Shown in pieces: positions 8,458 through 18,310 of a stretch of 64,000 nucleotides of DNA (its first letter is position 1; each line of letters opens with the position of its first letter). The stretch covers positions 1,530 through 65,529 of the forward strand of contig CAMBUD010000007.1 in assembly GCA_945871035.1 (NCBI GenBank), given 5' to 3'. The DNA comes from Planctomicrobium piriforme. Its GTDB lineage: Bacteria; Planctomycetota; Planctomycetia; Pirellulales; UBA1268. Position numbers and translations under genes: made by a program. The notes beneath the pieces are model-generated. The model had not been told where the DNA came from. It saw nothing but the letters and a program-made list of their open reading frames with translations, and searched no databases.

Positions 8458-9996
8458 ATGCACACAAACGGCACAAAAACTATCGGTAAGGTTTTTTTCG
8501 TAGGCGCCGGACCCGGTCACCCGGATCTGCTCACGCTCCGGGCTTGGTCATGCCTGCGTGACGCTGACGTCATTGTGCATGACGCTCTGGTGCCACAGGA
8601 ATTACTGAACGCAGTCACCAAGACGGTTGAGCGCGTCCCTGTGCCTCGTGACGCTTTCAATCAACACTCCCCCGGAGAAAACGCTGGACATTTGCTCGTT
8701 CGTCTCGCGATGAGTGGTCGAAGCGTTGTGCGACTAAAGGGCGGGGACCCATCCGTCTTTGCACGACTCGCGGAAGAATTACAGCCGCTGCGCGATGCTG
8801 GCATCGATATTGAAATCATTCCAGGTGTGACCGCTGCACTGGCAGCAGCTGCAGCAGCAGGGGTGCCGCTGACAAGTCGCTCAGCAGCATCAAGTGTTAC
8901 CATTCTTACCGGACACGAGTCGGGCGAGAAGCCGGAGAGCGTCGACTTCTGTTCGCTTGCGCATTTGCCCGGAACACTGGCGATCTATATGGGGGTTGAA
9001 CAGGCCGACAAATGGTCGAAGGCACTACTCGCTGCTGGCAAGCCGGCCAGTACGCCCATCACCATCGTAAGCCGCTGTTCCTGGCCAGACCAACAAATTG
9101 CCGTTTCTTCACTCGGTCAGTGTGCCGCAGACTTTGAACTGTATCGCTGGCCACCGCCAGCTGTCATCATCGTAGGAGAGGTGGCGCAGTTACCGCACGA
9201 ACCCGTCCAGATTGACTCCCTCCCCACCGTACGGCCTTTGGCCGGTCGTTGTGTGCTTATAACACGCCCTGCAGGCCAAGGAGAGGACCTCGCTTCGCGT
9301 GTGCATGCCAGGGGTGGAGAGTGCTTTCATCTCCCAACAATCCGTATTGCACCACCACCGTCGTGGACAGAAATCGATGCCGCCATCCGATCTGCTGCTC
9401 GTTTTGACTGGATTGTCTTTGCCAGCACAAACAGTGTGCACACTTTTGTTACCAGACTGCGCAGCGCCGGTCTTGATGCCCGCGCGTTAGGTACAGCTCG
9501 AATCGCTGCCATCGGCCCATCCACCCGGCAAGCACTCGAGCAGGCTGGGTTGGCCTGTGATCTCATGCCTGAGGATTATCGTTCCGAAGGACTTGCCGAA
9601 GCACTGGATCTCACTGTTCGAAACGGCCGTTTTTTACTCTTGCAAACCGACCGTAGCCGGGAGGTCTTGCGCCGCAAACTGGAAGCAGAAGGGCATTCTG
9701 TTAGCACTGTCATCGCCTACACCAGTCAGACTGTTGAAATGATTGACTCGCTCACACTCAAAGCGATCGACGCCATGCGTGTTGACTGGATCACGCTTAC
9801 AAGTTCATTCATCGCTCGTTCCGCCGCAGGTCTCTTGGCCGAAAGAATGCACACCTGGCGAATCGCCAGTATGAGTTCGAGTATCTCAGCTGTGCTTACC
9901 CAAGCGGGACTGCCGCCGACCGTGGAAGCCGCTCATGCAACGGCGGAAAGTCTGGTTGAGGCAATGGCACAGTGGGAACTTGCCCACCCGGAATAG
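8458..9996 (+). CDS. cobA: Uroporphyrinogen-III C-methyltransferase fused to uroporphyrinogen-III synthase
   Basis: N-terminal SUMT motifs VFFVGAGPGHPDLLTLRA, DVIVHDALV, VRLKGGDPSVFAR and IPGVTAALAAAA. The C-terminal half is HemD-like (VLITRPAGQGEDL, IAAIGPSTRQALEQAGL). Confidence 0.85.
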   Translation: MHTNGTKTIGKVFFVGAGPGHPDLLTLRAWSCLRDADVIVHDALVPQELLNAVTKTVERVPVPRDAFNQHSPGENAGHLLVRLAMSGRSVVRLKGGDPSVFARLAEELQPLRDAGIDIEIIPGVTAALAAAAAAGVPLTSRSAASSVTILTGHESGEKPESVDFCSLAHLPGTLAIYMGVEQADKWSKALLAAGKPASTPITIVSRCSWPDQQIAVSSLGQCAADFELYRWPPPAVIIVGEVAQLPHEPVQIDSLPTVRPLAGRCVLITRPAGQGEDLASRVHARGGECFHLPTIRIAPPPSWTEIDAAIRSAARFDWIVFASTNSVHTFVTRLRSAGLDARALGTARIAAIGPSTRQALEQAGLACDLMPEDYRSEGLAEALDLTVRNGRFLLLQTDRSREVLRRKLEAEGHSVSTVIAYTSQTVEMIDSLTLKAIDAMRVDWITLTSSFIARSAAGLLAERMHTWRIASMSSSISAVLTQAGLPPTVEAAHATAESLVEAMAQWELAHPE

Positions 9997-10239
9997 TCCG
10001 CCTACGGGCCCCAAACTATTCTTCCCTCAGATTCACAAAAACCACGCGCCGACCGAAGTGACGTCAAACAGGGCGTTTTGTAGTTTGGCCCGCGGTCTCC
10101 GACTTTGCCGAAAGTGCCTCCTCTGCTCTGGAAACTATAGGTCAACTGAAACAGTCGTCGATGAGCATAGGTGACTATTTTCCTTGAGAGTCAGAAGGTT
10201 GGGGCTGATTACTCTTTCACCCTATTTTTGTTGGGGGCC

Positions 10240-10974
10240 ATGAATACTTCAACAGCGCCTGCGAGTCTTGTTCTTTGCTGTTCGATAACTGAGCGCATGA
10301 GCGAATCCCAACTCGATGATTCGCTTAAGCGTTGTCATCGGGCAACAGTGCCGGTCACTTGGGTTGCAAAAATCAAGGAACTATTGGGCGTCTGCAATGC
10401 GGTTGGTGGTGCTGATCGATTTGGTGGAATTGCAGTTGAATTGATACCGGCTGATTTTTCATCAAGACAGTCGCTACGAGAAGTTCTTCGGCAGGCTCGC
10501 AGGGCAATCCCTTCGCTCAACGCAGCTGTCTTCCGGGGAACGACGCCAGTTACCCATCGTGCCCTCCTCGTTGAGGAGGGCATCCGCACACTCTGCGTGG
10601 ATCGGTTCGACGATGCAACGCATGGCAACAGACGCCCTGCACCACATCGCTGGGCCTGTCGCAGTATCGTCTGGGGACTGTGGGAGGTGCTGAGCGCTCC
10701 GCAATGCCATGCAGGCTTGGTGGGGAGAATGTTACCCTGGGGAATGCTTCCGCGATTGGCCCCTGCATCACTTCATGTTGTTCATGTCGGCTACAAAGAC
10801 GATCCAGGCGATTCACCACAGGGTACACGGCACCAACTAGAACGATTGCTCGCCTGGATTGAACGGAGACGCTGTTCAGACCGTCTGTGTGTGGCAAGCT
10901 TATCTGACATGCCTGCCCTTCTGAGCGGGACTGAACAAACACCAGTTGGTGGATCGGTGCTAAAGGCAGCATAA
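10240..10974 (+). CDS. Hypothetical protein
   Basis: Long ORF with no recognisable motif. ATG 10240 (MNTSTAPASLVLCC) is preferred over GTG 10171. Confidence 0.4.
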   Translation: MNTSTAPASLVLCCSITERMSESQLDDSLKRCHRATVPVTWVAKIKELLGVCNAVGGADRFGGIAVELIPADFSSRQSLREVLRQARRAIPSLNAAVFRGTTPVTHRALLVEEGIRTLCVDRFDDATHGNRRPAPHRWACRSIVWGLWEVLSAPQCHAGLVGRMLPWGMLPRLAPASLHVVHVGYKDDPGDSPQGTRHQLERLLAWIERRRCSDRLCVASLSDMPALLSGTEQTPVGGSVLKAA

Positions 10975-11022
10975 CCACAAGTGGCGTGAGCCAGCAGAGA
11001 AGAACGCTTAGAAATAAGCTGG

Positions 11023-11208
11023 TTAAGCGCGTGCTCTCTCTAAAACTGTCCAACTCAGATAAGAAAGAATCAGACTGCCGACAAGAAAACCAACATCGGC
11101 ACCGACGCTAACGCGTTGAAATGGAAAACCCGCAACCAGATCAGCTAAAAACAGGATCCCAACTAGACCTGCTGCAGTCATTCCAATAAGTGGCAAAACT
11201 TTTGACAC
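11023..11208 (-). CDS. Small (61 aa) membrane protein
   Basis: Two hydrophobic helices (LPLIGMTAAGLVGILFLADLV, VGFLVGSLILSYL). Confidence 0.35.
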   Translation of the reverse strand: MSKVLPLIGMTAAGLVGILFLADLVAGFPFQRVSVGADVGFLVGSLILSYLSWTVLERARA

Positions 11209-11311
11209 AGAATGCTCCTGACGATGAAGTAAATCGACCTATGCTACCAGCTCGTTTGCATCATAACGTCTGTTTCGCAAAAACCTTAGCACTCCAGAGC
11301 GTAAGACGACC

Positions 11312-11842
11312 GTGCCTTCGAAAACAAAATCCTTGACTGCCGTCTATACAGGTTCATTTGATCCCATCACGCTGGGCCATCTCAATGTCATCGAGCGAGC
11401 CAGCCGGATTTTTGAATCCATTATTGTCGGTGTTGGGATCAATTCTGATAAACAGCCTACTTTCTCGCTTCAAGAACGGGTTAACCTTGTGGAAGCATCG
11501 GTTGTTCATATTGAGAATGTCCGGGTCGAACTTTTTAGCGGTCTATCGGTCGCTTTTGTTCGTGAGCAGAACGCCAATGTCTTGCTTCGCGGCGTGCGTT
11601 CGCTGACAGATATCGAGGCTGAATTCACAATGACGCTGGCGAATCGCAAACTTGATCCATCGGTTGAAACGGTCTTCTTGATTGCCGACTCGCAGTATTC
11701 ACACATCTCGTCATCGCTGCTCAAGCAAATAACGCCTCTGGCTGGAGATGCGGCTCTGTTGCAATTTGTCCCAGTCGTCGTGCTGGATGCGCTGCGCAAA
11801 AAGCTCACCGAAAACAAGCAGCCTCATATTGAAACGGCATGA
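11312..11842 (+). CDS. coaD: Phosphopantetheine adenylyltransferase
   Basis: AVYTGSFDPITLGHLNVIERA (nucleotidyltransferase HxGH-type motif) and ISSSLLKQI. GTG start. Confidence 0.9.
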   Translation: MPSKTKSLTAVYTGSFDPITLGHLNVIERASRIFESIIVGVGINSDKQPTFSLQERVNLVEASVVHIENVRVELFSGLSVAFVREQNANVLLRGVRSLTDIEAEFTMTLANRKLDPSVETVFLIADSQYSHISSSLLKQITPLAGDAALLQFVPVVVLDALRKKLTENKQPHIETA

Positions 11843-11850
11843 TGCATCAA

Positions 11851-12930
11851 TCAATTGGCGCTTGGATGCGAACCCGGTTCACCACTTTCAAAATGCTGCC
11901 GTAGGTAGCGGGCTCGTTCGATATTGCGATCTTTTAGGTCAAGCTCGAGGCCTCGTAGTTTTTGAAGGTGAGCAGACTGTGTGCGGACAAGCAGTACATT
12001 GATGTCTGCAATTTTCACGTCGCCAATGAGTCCGAGCAATACGCCCATGCGCACTCTCGAAAGTAGTTGCATTGTTTCTTCTGCACTGATCGTCTGCGCT
12101 GTCCGCAGGATGCCATAGGCGCGGCTCACTTGGTCATGGACGTTTTGTTGAGTCTCGCGGACAAGAAACTCTCGCGCCCGCCGTTCGTATTCGATTAAAA
12201 CCGGCACGACATCACCAACTTGCTCCACCAACTCTTCCTCTGTTTTACCAAGTGTTGTTTGATTAGAAATTTGATAGAAATCGCCCATGGCTTGCGATCC
12301 TTCACCATAAAGGCCACGCACAGCTAGGGAAATCTTATGCAAACTGCGGAAAACCTTGTCGATCTGCCGGGTGATGACCAGTGCCGGCAGATGGAGCATC
12401 ACGCTCACTCGAATGCCAGTGCCCACGTTCGTCGGACAGGCGGTGAGATAACCCCATCTCGGATGAAAGGCGTAAGGAACTACCTTTTCAATCTGGTCAT
12501 CAACGATCCTAATCTGCTCCCAAGCGCCGACTAGGTCGAGTCCGCTGTGCATGCATTGAATGCGGAGATGATCCTCTTCGTTAATCATTAAGCTCACCTG
12601 CTCAAGCAGATCAATGGCCACACTGCGGGCCCCCTGAGCATCGGCGTGTTCACGGCTTATCAACTGCCTCTCAACCAGAAACTGCCGATCAATTTCCTCT
12701 AAATGCCCCACGTCAATGTATTCAAGGCCACGACCAATCGGCACTTGTGCAATACGCTCTCGCAAGAAGCGTTCAATCTCACCTCGATCCTGATCGGTTG
12801 CGCGGCTCACGAACGGATAGTGAGCAACGTTGCGAGCCAGTCTCACACGACTACTCATCACGATATCAGACTCGGGGCCCGTTCCGCGCAGCCACTCACC
12901 GATCGATTGTGTCAAAGTTTCCAGTTTCAT
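11851..12930 (-). CDS. mcsB: Protein arginine kinase (ATP:guanido phosphotransferase)
   Basis: SRVRLARNVAHYPF, LTACPTNVGTGIRVSVMLHLPAL and GEGSQAMGDFYQISNQ. Confidence 0.85.
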   Translation of the reverse strand: MKLETLTQSIGEWLRGTGPESDIVMSSRVRLARNVAHYPFVSRATDQDRGEIERFLRERIAQVPIGRGLEYIDVGHLEEIDRQFLVERQLISREHADAQGARSVAIDLLEQVSLMINEEDHLRIQCMHSGLDLVGAWEQIRIVDDQIEKVVPYAFHPRWGYLTACPTNVGTGIRVSVMLHLPALVITRQIDKVFRSLHKISLAVRGLYGEGSQAMGDFYQISNQTTLGKTEEELVEQVGDVVPVLIEYERRAREFLVRETQQNVHDQVSRAYGILRTAQTISAEETMQLLSRVRMGVLLGLIGDVKIADINVLLVRTQSAHLQKLRGLELDLKDRNIERARYLRQHFESGEPGSHPSAN

Positions 12931-12993
12931 TGGTCGCCGGTAGTAGCAGTCGCGATAGAATTCGCGCTGATTTGAGGTGTGGGATGAATCCTA

Positions 12994-13581
12994 TCAATCT
13001 TTGCTGGGTAGGATGAACCAGCGTTCCTCAATGTCGCGGATCAGATCCCTATTTTCTTTTGCTTTCTCGTAATCCTCACGCAGTATGGCTTCTTTCATTC
13101 CTCGGCGCAACCCGATGATACCGGCAAGCTCTTCGGTTCCTTCAGGCAGTAGAGTCTTTGCCACCTCAGCCGAGAGTGTGTCTGCTTTTGTTCGTGTCGG
13201 CCGGCGGCCAGTGTGCAGGGTTGCGCCATGAATATTGCCGATAAGGGGTTCGAGTTCTTTTTCAAATTGCACGTAATCATGGGGACAGCCGAGACGACCT
13301 TGGTTGCGAAAATCAAAGAATGTGATGCCGCACATGTCACAAGCTTTCTGATCGAGAATCGCAAGTTCTGCGGCTGTCTGACTAACGCCAAGTGGGCCTT
13401 TGAGACCACTTTTCTCTAGCTGTTCTTCTGCGTCCTCTTGCGGCCCCTGGCCAGAACCGTTCTCCGACTGATTTAAATAAACTCGGGCATGATCCTCACA
13501 GAGATGAACTTCGCGAACCGCACCGCTTTCCAGCTCAGTGATATGAAAAACCGCTGGATTATCACACTGTTGGCATTTCAT
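12994..13581 (-). CDS. mcsA: McsA-like activator (Cys-pair zinc-finger-like N-terminus plus UVR motif)
   Basis: MKCQQCDNP..., LCEDH, CDMCG and GRLGCPHDY, plus C-terminal UVR-like LRRGMKEAILREDYEKAKENRDLI. It sits directly upstream of mcsB. Confidence 0.7.
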   Translation of the reverse strand: MKCQQCDNPAVFHITELESGAVREVHLCEDHARVYLNQSENGSGQGPQEDAEEQLEKSGLKGPLGVSQTAAELAILDQKACDMCGITFFDFRNQGRLGCPHDYVQFEKELEPLIGNIHGATLHTGRRPTRTKADTLSAEVAKTLLPEGTEELAGIIGLRRGMKEAILREDYEKAKENRDLIRDIEERWFILPSKD

Positions 13582-13792
13582 AAGTCAAAAACTCTTTCCC
13601 AGTGGAATGACCGTACACCCAAAGCATAGCGATCGGACACGGAGCGGTCGCCCTCGCTTGGCTGAAACTCGGCCGCAATGCAGTTTTTGAGGGTGGGAAC
13701 AGACGGGCGGACAGTTCTCTTATTGTTGGAGCCCTATCCTGTCGCTAGTCTCTTTATGCTCCTGCCGTCCCTACTACCCTTGTCAGTTTTCT

Positions 13793-15316
13793 ATGCATCA
13801 CCGTCCAGATTGGGATCGATTTGCTGAAATAGCAAGCACATTCCGCATCGTCCCCGTTTATCGGAGGCTGTTTGCGGATGGTCTCACGCCGCTTTCTGCT
13901 TTTTCTAAAATTGACGCCGGCGAATGCGGCTGCCTTTTTGAAAGCGTGATCGGCGGTGAGAAAGTTGGTCGCTACAGCTTTCTGGGCTCCGATCCATTTT
14001 TACGAATTGAAGCTTTTGGCACGTCTGTTCGTATCATGGCGAATGGCACACTGGAGACGATCGAGTGTGCGGATCCCATCGAGGAACTCAAGCGGCGAAT
14101 GGAGCCATTTCAGCCGGCTCGACTTCCAGAGTTACCGCCTTTTACCAGCGGTGTGGTGGGCTACGCTTCGTATGACTCGGTCCGTTTTTCCGAGCACTTG
14201 CCCAATGCACCGGCAGATGATCTTGGTCTCCCAGACATCAGCTTTTCTTTCTACGACCGATTAGTTGTTTTTGATAACGTCACAAAGTCACTCGACGTCG
14301 TTGTACTGGCACACATCAACGACACCTCTGCAGCGGGCGTGGCCCACGCCTATGAAATAGCTTGTCAACGTATCGATGCAACCATTGAACTGCTTTTTCG
14401 TCCATCTCCATGGCCAGTCGCAGCAGATATCGGTTCCCAGGCCGATGCCTATGATCTCGTCAACGGCATGACGCACTCCACATTCCCACGAGAGGAGTTC
14501 CTCGCTGCTGTTCAGCGAGTAACCGAATACATTCGCGCAGGTGATATTTTTCAGGCGGTTTTAAGCCGGCGGATTGAGGTCCCTTTTGCGTGTCCGCCTC
14601 TAGAACTCTATCGAACGCTGCGCGTTGTGAATCCTAGTCCTTTTATGTTTTATCTGCGCACGCCAGACGCAACACTTGTTGGCAGTTCTCCGGAAATCAT
14701 GGTGCGGGTGATTGACGGCATTATCACCGTCCGACCGTTGGCTGGCACGCGACCGCGCGGGCTCACTCCCGAGGATGATCAGCGTTTAGCCGAGAGCCTG
14801 CTTGCCGATCCTAAGGAACGCGCTGAGCACGTGATGCTTATCGACTTGGGCCGCAATGATGTCGGGCGGGTTGCGGAGATTGGGTCCGTCTCTCTCAGCG
14901 ATGTGATGTCGATTGAACGGTACAGCCACGTCATGCACCTTACGAGCAACGTCACTGGCCGACTCGCTTCGGGCATGACTGCATTTGACGCACTGCGAGC
15001 CTGCCTGCCGGCCGGAACAGTCTCCGGTGCACCAAAAATTCGCGCCATGCAGATCATTGATGAACTGGAACCTCGACGCCGTGGCCCCTATGCCGGAGCC
15101 GTTGGATATATCGACTTTTGCGGCTCGATGGATACGTGCATCGCTTTAAGAACGATTGTGGTTACCGGCGGCAAAGCATACGTACAATCTGGAGCCGGCA
15201 TTGTTGCTGACAGTGTTCCGGAAAGTGAGTTTGAGGAGACCCTCAATAAAGCGAAGGGGTTGCTGGTCTCGATTGCCATGACGGCTCAACGGCTGAGGTC
15301 GGCCAGCGTGGAGTGA
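13793..15316 (+). CDS. trpE: Anthranilate synthase component I
   Basis: LFESVIGGEKVGRYSF, NPSPFMFYL, GTVSGAPKIRAMQIIDELE and RGPYAGAVGY. Confidence 0.9.
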   Translation: MHHRPDWDRFAEIASTFRIVPVYRRLFADGLTPLSAFSKIDAGECGCLFESVIGGEKVGRYSFLGSDPFLRIEAFGTSVRIMANGTLETIECADPIEELKRRMEPFQPARLPELPPFTSGVVGYASYDSVRFSEHLPNAPADDLGLPDISFSFYDRLVVFDNVTKSLDVVVLAHINDTSAAGVAHAYEIACQRIDATIELLFRPSPWPVAADIGSQADAYDLVNGMTHSTFPREEFLAAVQRVTEYIRAGDIFQAVLSRRIEVPFACPPLELYRTLRVVNPSPFMFYLRTPDATLVGSSPEIMVRVIDGIITVRPLAGTRPRGLTPEDDQRLAESLLADPKERAEHVMLIDLGRNDVGRVAEIGSVSLSDVMSIERYSHVMHLTSNVTGRLASGMTAFDALRACLPAGTVSGAPKIRAMQIIDELEPRRRGPYAGAVGYIDFCGSMDTCIALRTIVVTGGKAYVQSGAGIVADSVPESEFEETLNKAKGLLVSIAMTAQRLRSASVE

Positions 15317-15317
15317 G

Positions 15318-16223
15318 ATGATTTGTTTTGACTGCGTTACGATAAAACGATCCCGTCAGGATGTCATCGATAACGTAACCCTCACTATCGATGCTGGCGA
15401 GGCTGTGGCGTTCATTGGGGAGTCTGGTGCTGGCAAGAGTTCTCTTCTGCTGGCGCTGGCATCTGTTTTGCCACTGCACCGTGGCGATATCACTGTCGAC
15501 AACCTTTCTGTGCGCACAAATGCAGCTGCTGTTCGTGGTCGGGTCGGGTATGTGCCCGCTTGCCTCTCGGCGTGGCCGGCAATGCAGGCTACAGAGTTCC
15601 TCCAACTCTTTGCCATTTCCGCCGGGCTGTGTGGAAAGCCCTTGCGCAGTGCAATCGATAAGGCTCTCGCTCTGGCAGGCATGGATAGCTCCGGCAAGCA
15701 GACCGTCGATAGTCTCTGCAGTGGACAAGCCAAACGTCTGCTCATCGCCCGTGCTCTCCTACACGATCCGCCTGTCCTTATTTTTGACGATCCTTTTAGC
15801 GGCCTCGATTACAAGGAACGGATACTCGTCGAGCAGATCATTAGCGATGCCGTGATTATGAATAGAATTGTAGTGGCAGCGGTGGATAACGCCGTGGTCC
15901 CTCGTTGCTTTACGCAAGTGGCACTCCTTTCAAAAGGACGGCTTGTCGAGAGCGGACCGGCTGTGCCTGAGACCTTTGGGGCAGGGGACTCGGAGCGACA
16001 CTGGGGCTACCGGATCATCTGCCCCAGCCATTCCGAAACAGCTGTCAAGCTGCTCCGCCGACTGTGCGAATCGGCACATGCAGTCGACGGTGACACACTC
16101 GACTGCCGACACAATCCCAGACAGCTGCCTTTTTCTGAGCTCGTTGCGGTGCTTGTGCGAGCCGGGATCGCCGTCGAAAGCGCAGGTTTTTACCCACACT
16201 GGACAGTGCAGTTACTGACATGA
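15318..16223 (+). CDS. ABC-type ATPase, degenerate catalytic motifs, no adjacent permease
   Basis: Walker A GESGAGKSS, signature LCSGQ, and Walker B VLIFDDP (Asp where the catalytic Glu is expected). The C-terminal ~90 aa look like an ABC-2 ATPase C-domain. The ATG lies 1 nt after the trpE stop. Confidence 0.75.
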   Translation: MICFDCVTIKRSRQDVIDNVTLTIDAGEAVAFIGESGAGKSSLLLALASVLPLHRGDITVDNLSVRTNAAAVRGRVGYVPACLSAWPAMQATEFLQLFAISAGLCGKPLRSAIDKALALAGMDSSGKQTVDSLCSGQAKRLLIARALLHDPPVLIFDDPFSGLDYKERILVEQIISDAVIMNRIVVAAVDNAVVPRCFTQVALLSKGRLVESGPAVPETFGAGDSERHWGYRIICPSHSETAVKLLRRLCESAHAVDGDTLDCRHNPRQLPFSELVAVLVRAGIAVESAGFYPHWTVQLLT

Positions 16224-16230
16224 TTGGTCC

Positions 16231-16740
16231 TCAGCCAGCCTGTGCCCAGGAACGGCGTACTTCGGCCAAACCTTCGACACACAGGTCGTATTCATCGCTG
16301 AGGTGCTCTAGCAGACGGCGCTCACTAGCGGCAGCATCGCTGATGAGCGTGCTGGCAATCCAGTAGGCTTGTTTGCCAGTGGTACGGTAGTCAATCAGAA
16401 ACTCTTGCTGGGCCGAACACTGAAGCCGCTTCAATGCCTCCGGATAAAGCCCGCTCCAAAAGAGTGTATAATCGCCGATATGGCGATAGCTATCGCGAAC
16501 GACGTCGACGGCAAGGGGTGCCTGCTGCACCATAGCCAGCATGCGAGCTAACTCATCTATTTTAAACAATCCAGCAGCCTGTTCAGAACAGATCTGCTCG
16601 GGCCGCATAAATCGAACCAGCAGCATCGCAACATAATCGATTAAAGGAGGGTCTACCACTCCTAGGCTGGCAAGAAATGCATGCTCGGTTAGGCCGCGAA
16701 AGAACCGATCGATGTCATTTGAATCACGGGCTGAATACAT
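16231..16740 (-). CDS. Hypothetical protein
   Basis: 169-aa ORF with no motif recognised, tail-to-tail with the ABC ATPase gene. Confidence 0.45.
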   Translation of the reverse strand: MYSARDSNDIDRFFRGLTEHAFLASLGVVDPPLIDYVAMLLVRFMRPEQICSEQAAGLFKIDELARMLAMVQQAPLAVDVVRDSYRHIGDYTLFWSGLYPEALKRLQCSAQQEFLIDYRTTGKQAYWIASTLISDAAASERRLLEHLSDEYDLCVEGLAEVRRSWAQAG

Positions 16741-16845
16741 AGTTAACTGGCCTCCTCAGGCCGACGTTTCTAAGCTTTATTATAGGATTCTGTTCATCGT
16801 TGGCACCATGCCACTCATTCAACGCGAGGGTTCCCCTGTACGATA

Positions 16846-18273
16846 ATGAATTTTATGCCTGTACTTGATCTGCTGCCTGCTCCGTTTGCCCTCGCGTGGC
16901 TTCCTGTTTCATTTTGTCTGGCCAGTGCTTCAGAATCGGCACTGCGTCCCCTTTTATTTCAGCTTGTTGTGATCATCTTGGCCGCTCGGCTCGGGGCCGG
17001 CATTGCTCGCCGGCTGGGACAGCCGAGTGTTGTAGGAGAGATTGTGGCTGGCCTCCTGCTTGGTCCATCGGCCCTAGGAGCGGTAGCGCCCGAACTTTCA
17101 GCACTGATTTTTGGTGGTGGAACAACGCCGCTCACCGAGGGTGGCCTAGGTACCAACGAGGCCGCCCTCACAACCTTAAGTCAGATCGGGCTTATCCTGC
17201 TCTTATTTCTCATCGGTCTGGAATTCGATTTTTCTCATATCCGTAAGCAAGGCTGGCGGGCGGCTGCAATTTCTATTGCCGGAGTGGTAACGCCTTTTGC
17301 GTTCGGTGTTGGCCTGGCCATAGCTATGGTGCCTCGGCTTGAGTCTCTGGGGGCACCGGCATCGCTGCATCCCCTCTGCTTTGCTCTCTTTCTGGGCACC
17401 GCATTATCGATTACCGCCATTCCCATTCTCGGGCGAATCCTGATCGAAATGGGAATGCAACACACGGCGATCGGAGCAACTGTCGTCGCAGCAGCCGCTT
17501 GTGATGATGCCGTGGGATGGATCCTGCTGGCAGCGGTGTCGGCAGCTGCAGTTGGACAGTTTGAAATGCAGAATGTGATTCTTATGGTTGGATCCACGAC
17601 GTTCTTTGCACTCGCTATGTTTTTTGTTGTGCGTCCCTTCATGCTGCCGTGGCTCGAACAGGCTGTCACGGCTGGCGGTACCGAGGCTGATTCGCAGCAG
17701 AGTCAACTATCACTCGGGGCACTATCGCTTGTCTTGGCTGCGCTTTTGTGTACTGCGCTGATTACCAGTCTGATCGGTATTTTTGCAATCTTTGGTTCCT
17801 TTTTGCTCGGAGCAGCACTCTCCGGTTCACCGCGGGTGCGCGATGCGATTGCATCACATCTAACTGCCTTCGTAACCGTTTTCTTTTTGCCGATCTTCTT
17901 CACATACACTGGTCTCCGAACAAATATCGGTGTGCTCGGATCAGTCGAGGCCTGGCTGTGGTGCGGCGCGGTGATGGTAACGGCTATCGTTGGTAAATGG
18001 GGTGGTTGTGGCTTGGCCGCTCGGCTCTGTGGAATGCCACCGGGGGAAGCGAGTTGTGTTGGGGTACTCATGAATACACGGGCATTGATGGAATTGATTG
18101 TTATCAATGTGGGCATGGATCTGGGCGTGATTCCACCAGCCGTTTACTGCATGCTCGTGCTGATGGCAATTGGCACGACCCTAATGGCAACACCATTGGC
18201 GGCACACATGCTGCGTGGCAGCCCCTATGAACAGCGACTCATCGAACGCCAATTCCTCAGGCCACAGCGTTAG
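16846..18273 (+). CDS. Cation:proton antiporter (CPA2/Kef-type Na+/H+ exchanger family)
   Basis: N-terminal family motif GQPSVVGEIVAGLLLGPSALG. The protein is hydrophobic throughout, with many predicted TM helices. Confidence 0.85.
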   Translation: MNFMPVLDLLPAPFALAWLPVSFCLASASESALRPLLFQLVVIILAARLGAGIARRLGQPSVVGEIVAGLLLGPSALGAVAPELSALIFGGGTTPLTEGGLGTNEAALTTLSQIGLILLLFLIGLEFDFSHIRKQGWRAAAISIAGVVTPFAFGVGLAIAMVPRLESLGAPASLHPLCFALFLGTALSITAIPILGRILIEMGMQHTAIGATVVAAAACDDAVGWILLAAVSAAAVGQFEMQNVILMVGSTTFFALAMFFVVRPFMLPWLEQAVTAGGTEADSQQSQLSLGALSLVLAALLCTALITSLIGIFAIFGSFLLGAALSGSPRVRDAIASHLTAFVTVFFLPIFFTYTGLRTNIGVLGSVEAWLWCGAVMVTAIVGKWGGCGLAARLCGMPPGEASCVGVLMNTRALMELIVINVGMDLGVIPPAVYCMLVLMAIGTTLMATPLAAHMLRGSPYEQRLIERQFLRPQR

Positions 18274-18310
18274 AAAGGGCATCGTGATTTGCCCGCTTGC
18301 CTTGTTCCCT

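Noticed and set aside
10550-11053. A 167-aa minus-strand ORF overlapping the 3' half of the hypothetical gene at 10240-10974.
   Set aside because: No motifs, and it overlaps a longer ORF on the other strand. I kept the plus-strand ORF as the (low-confidence) call, but neither can be proven by eye.
13582-13792. Possible trp leader peptide, attenuator or T-box upstream of trpE, and a CtsR box upstream of mcsA.
   Set aside because: The only short ORF there (starting ATGACCGTACAC) contains no Trp codons. I saw no T-box specifier or antiterminator motif and no GGTCAAA-type direct repeat.
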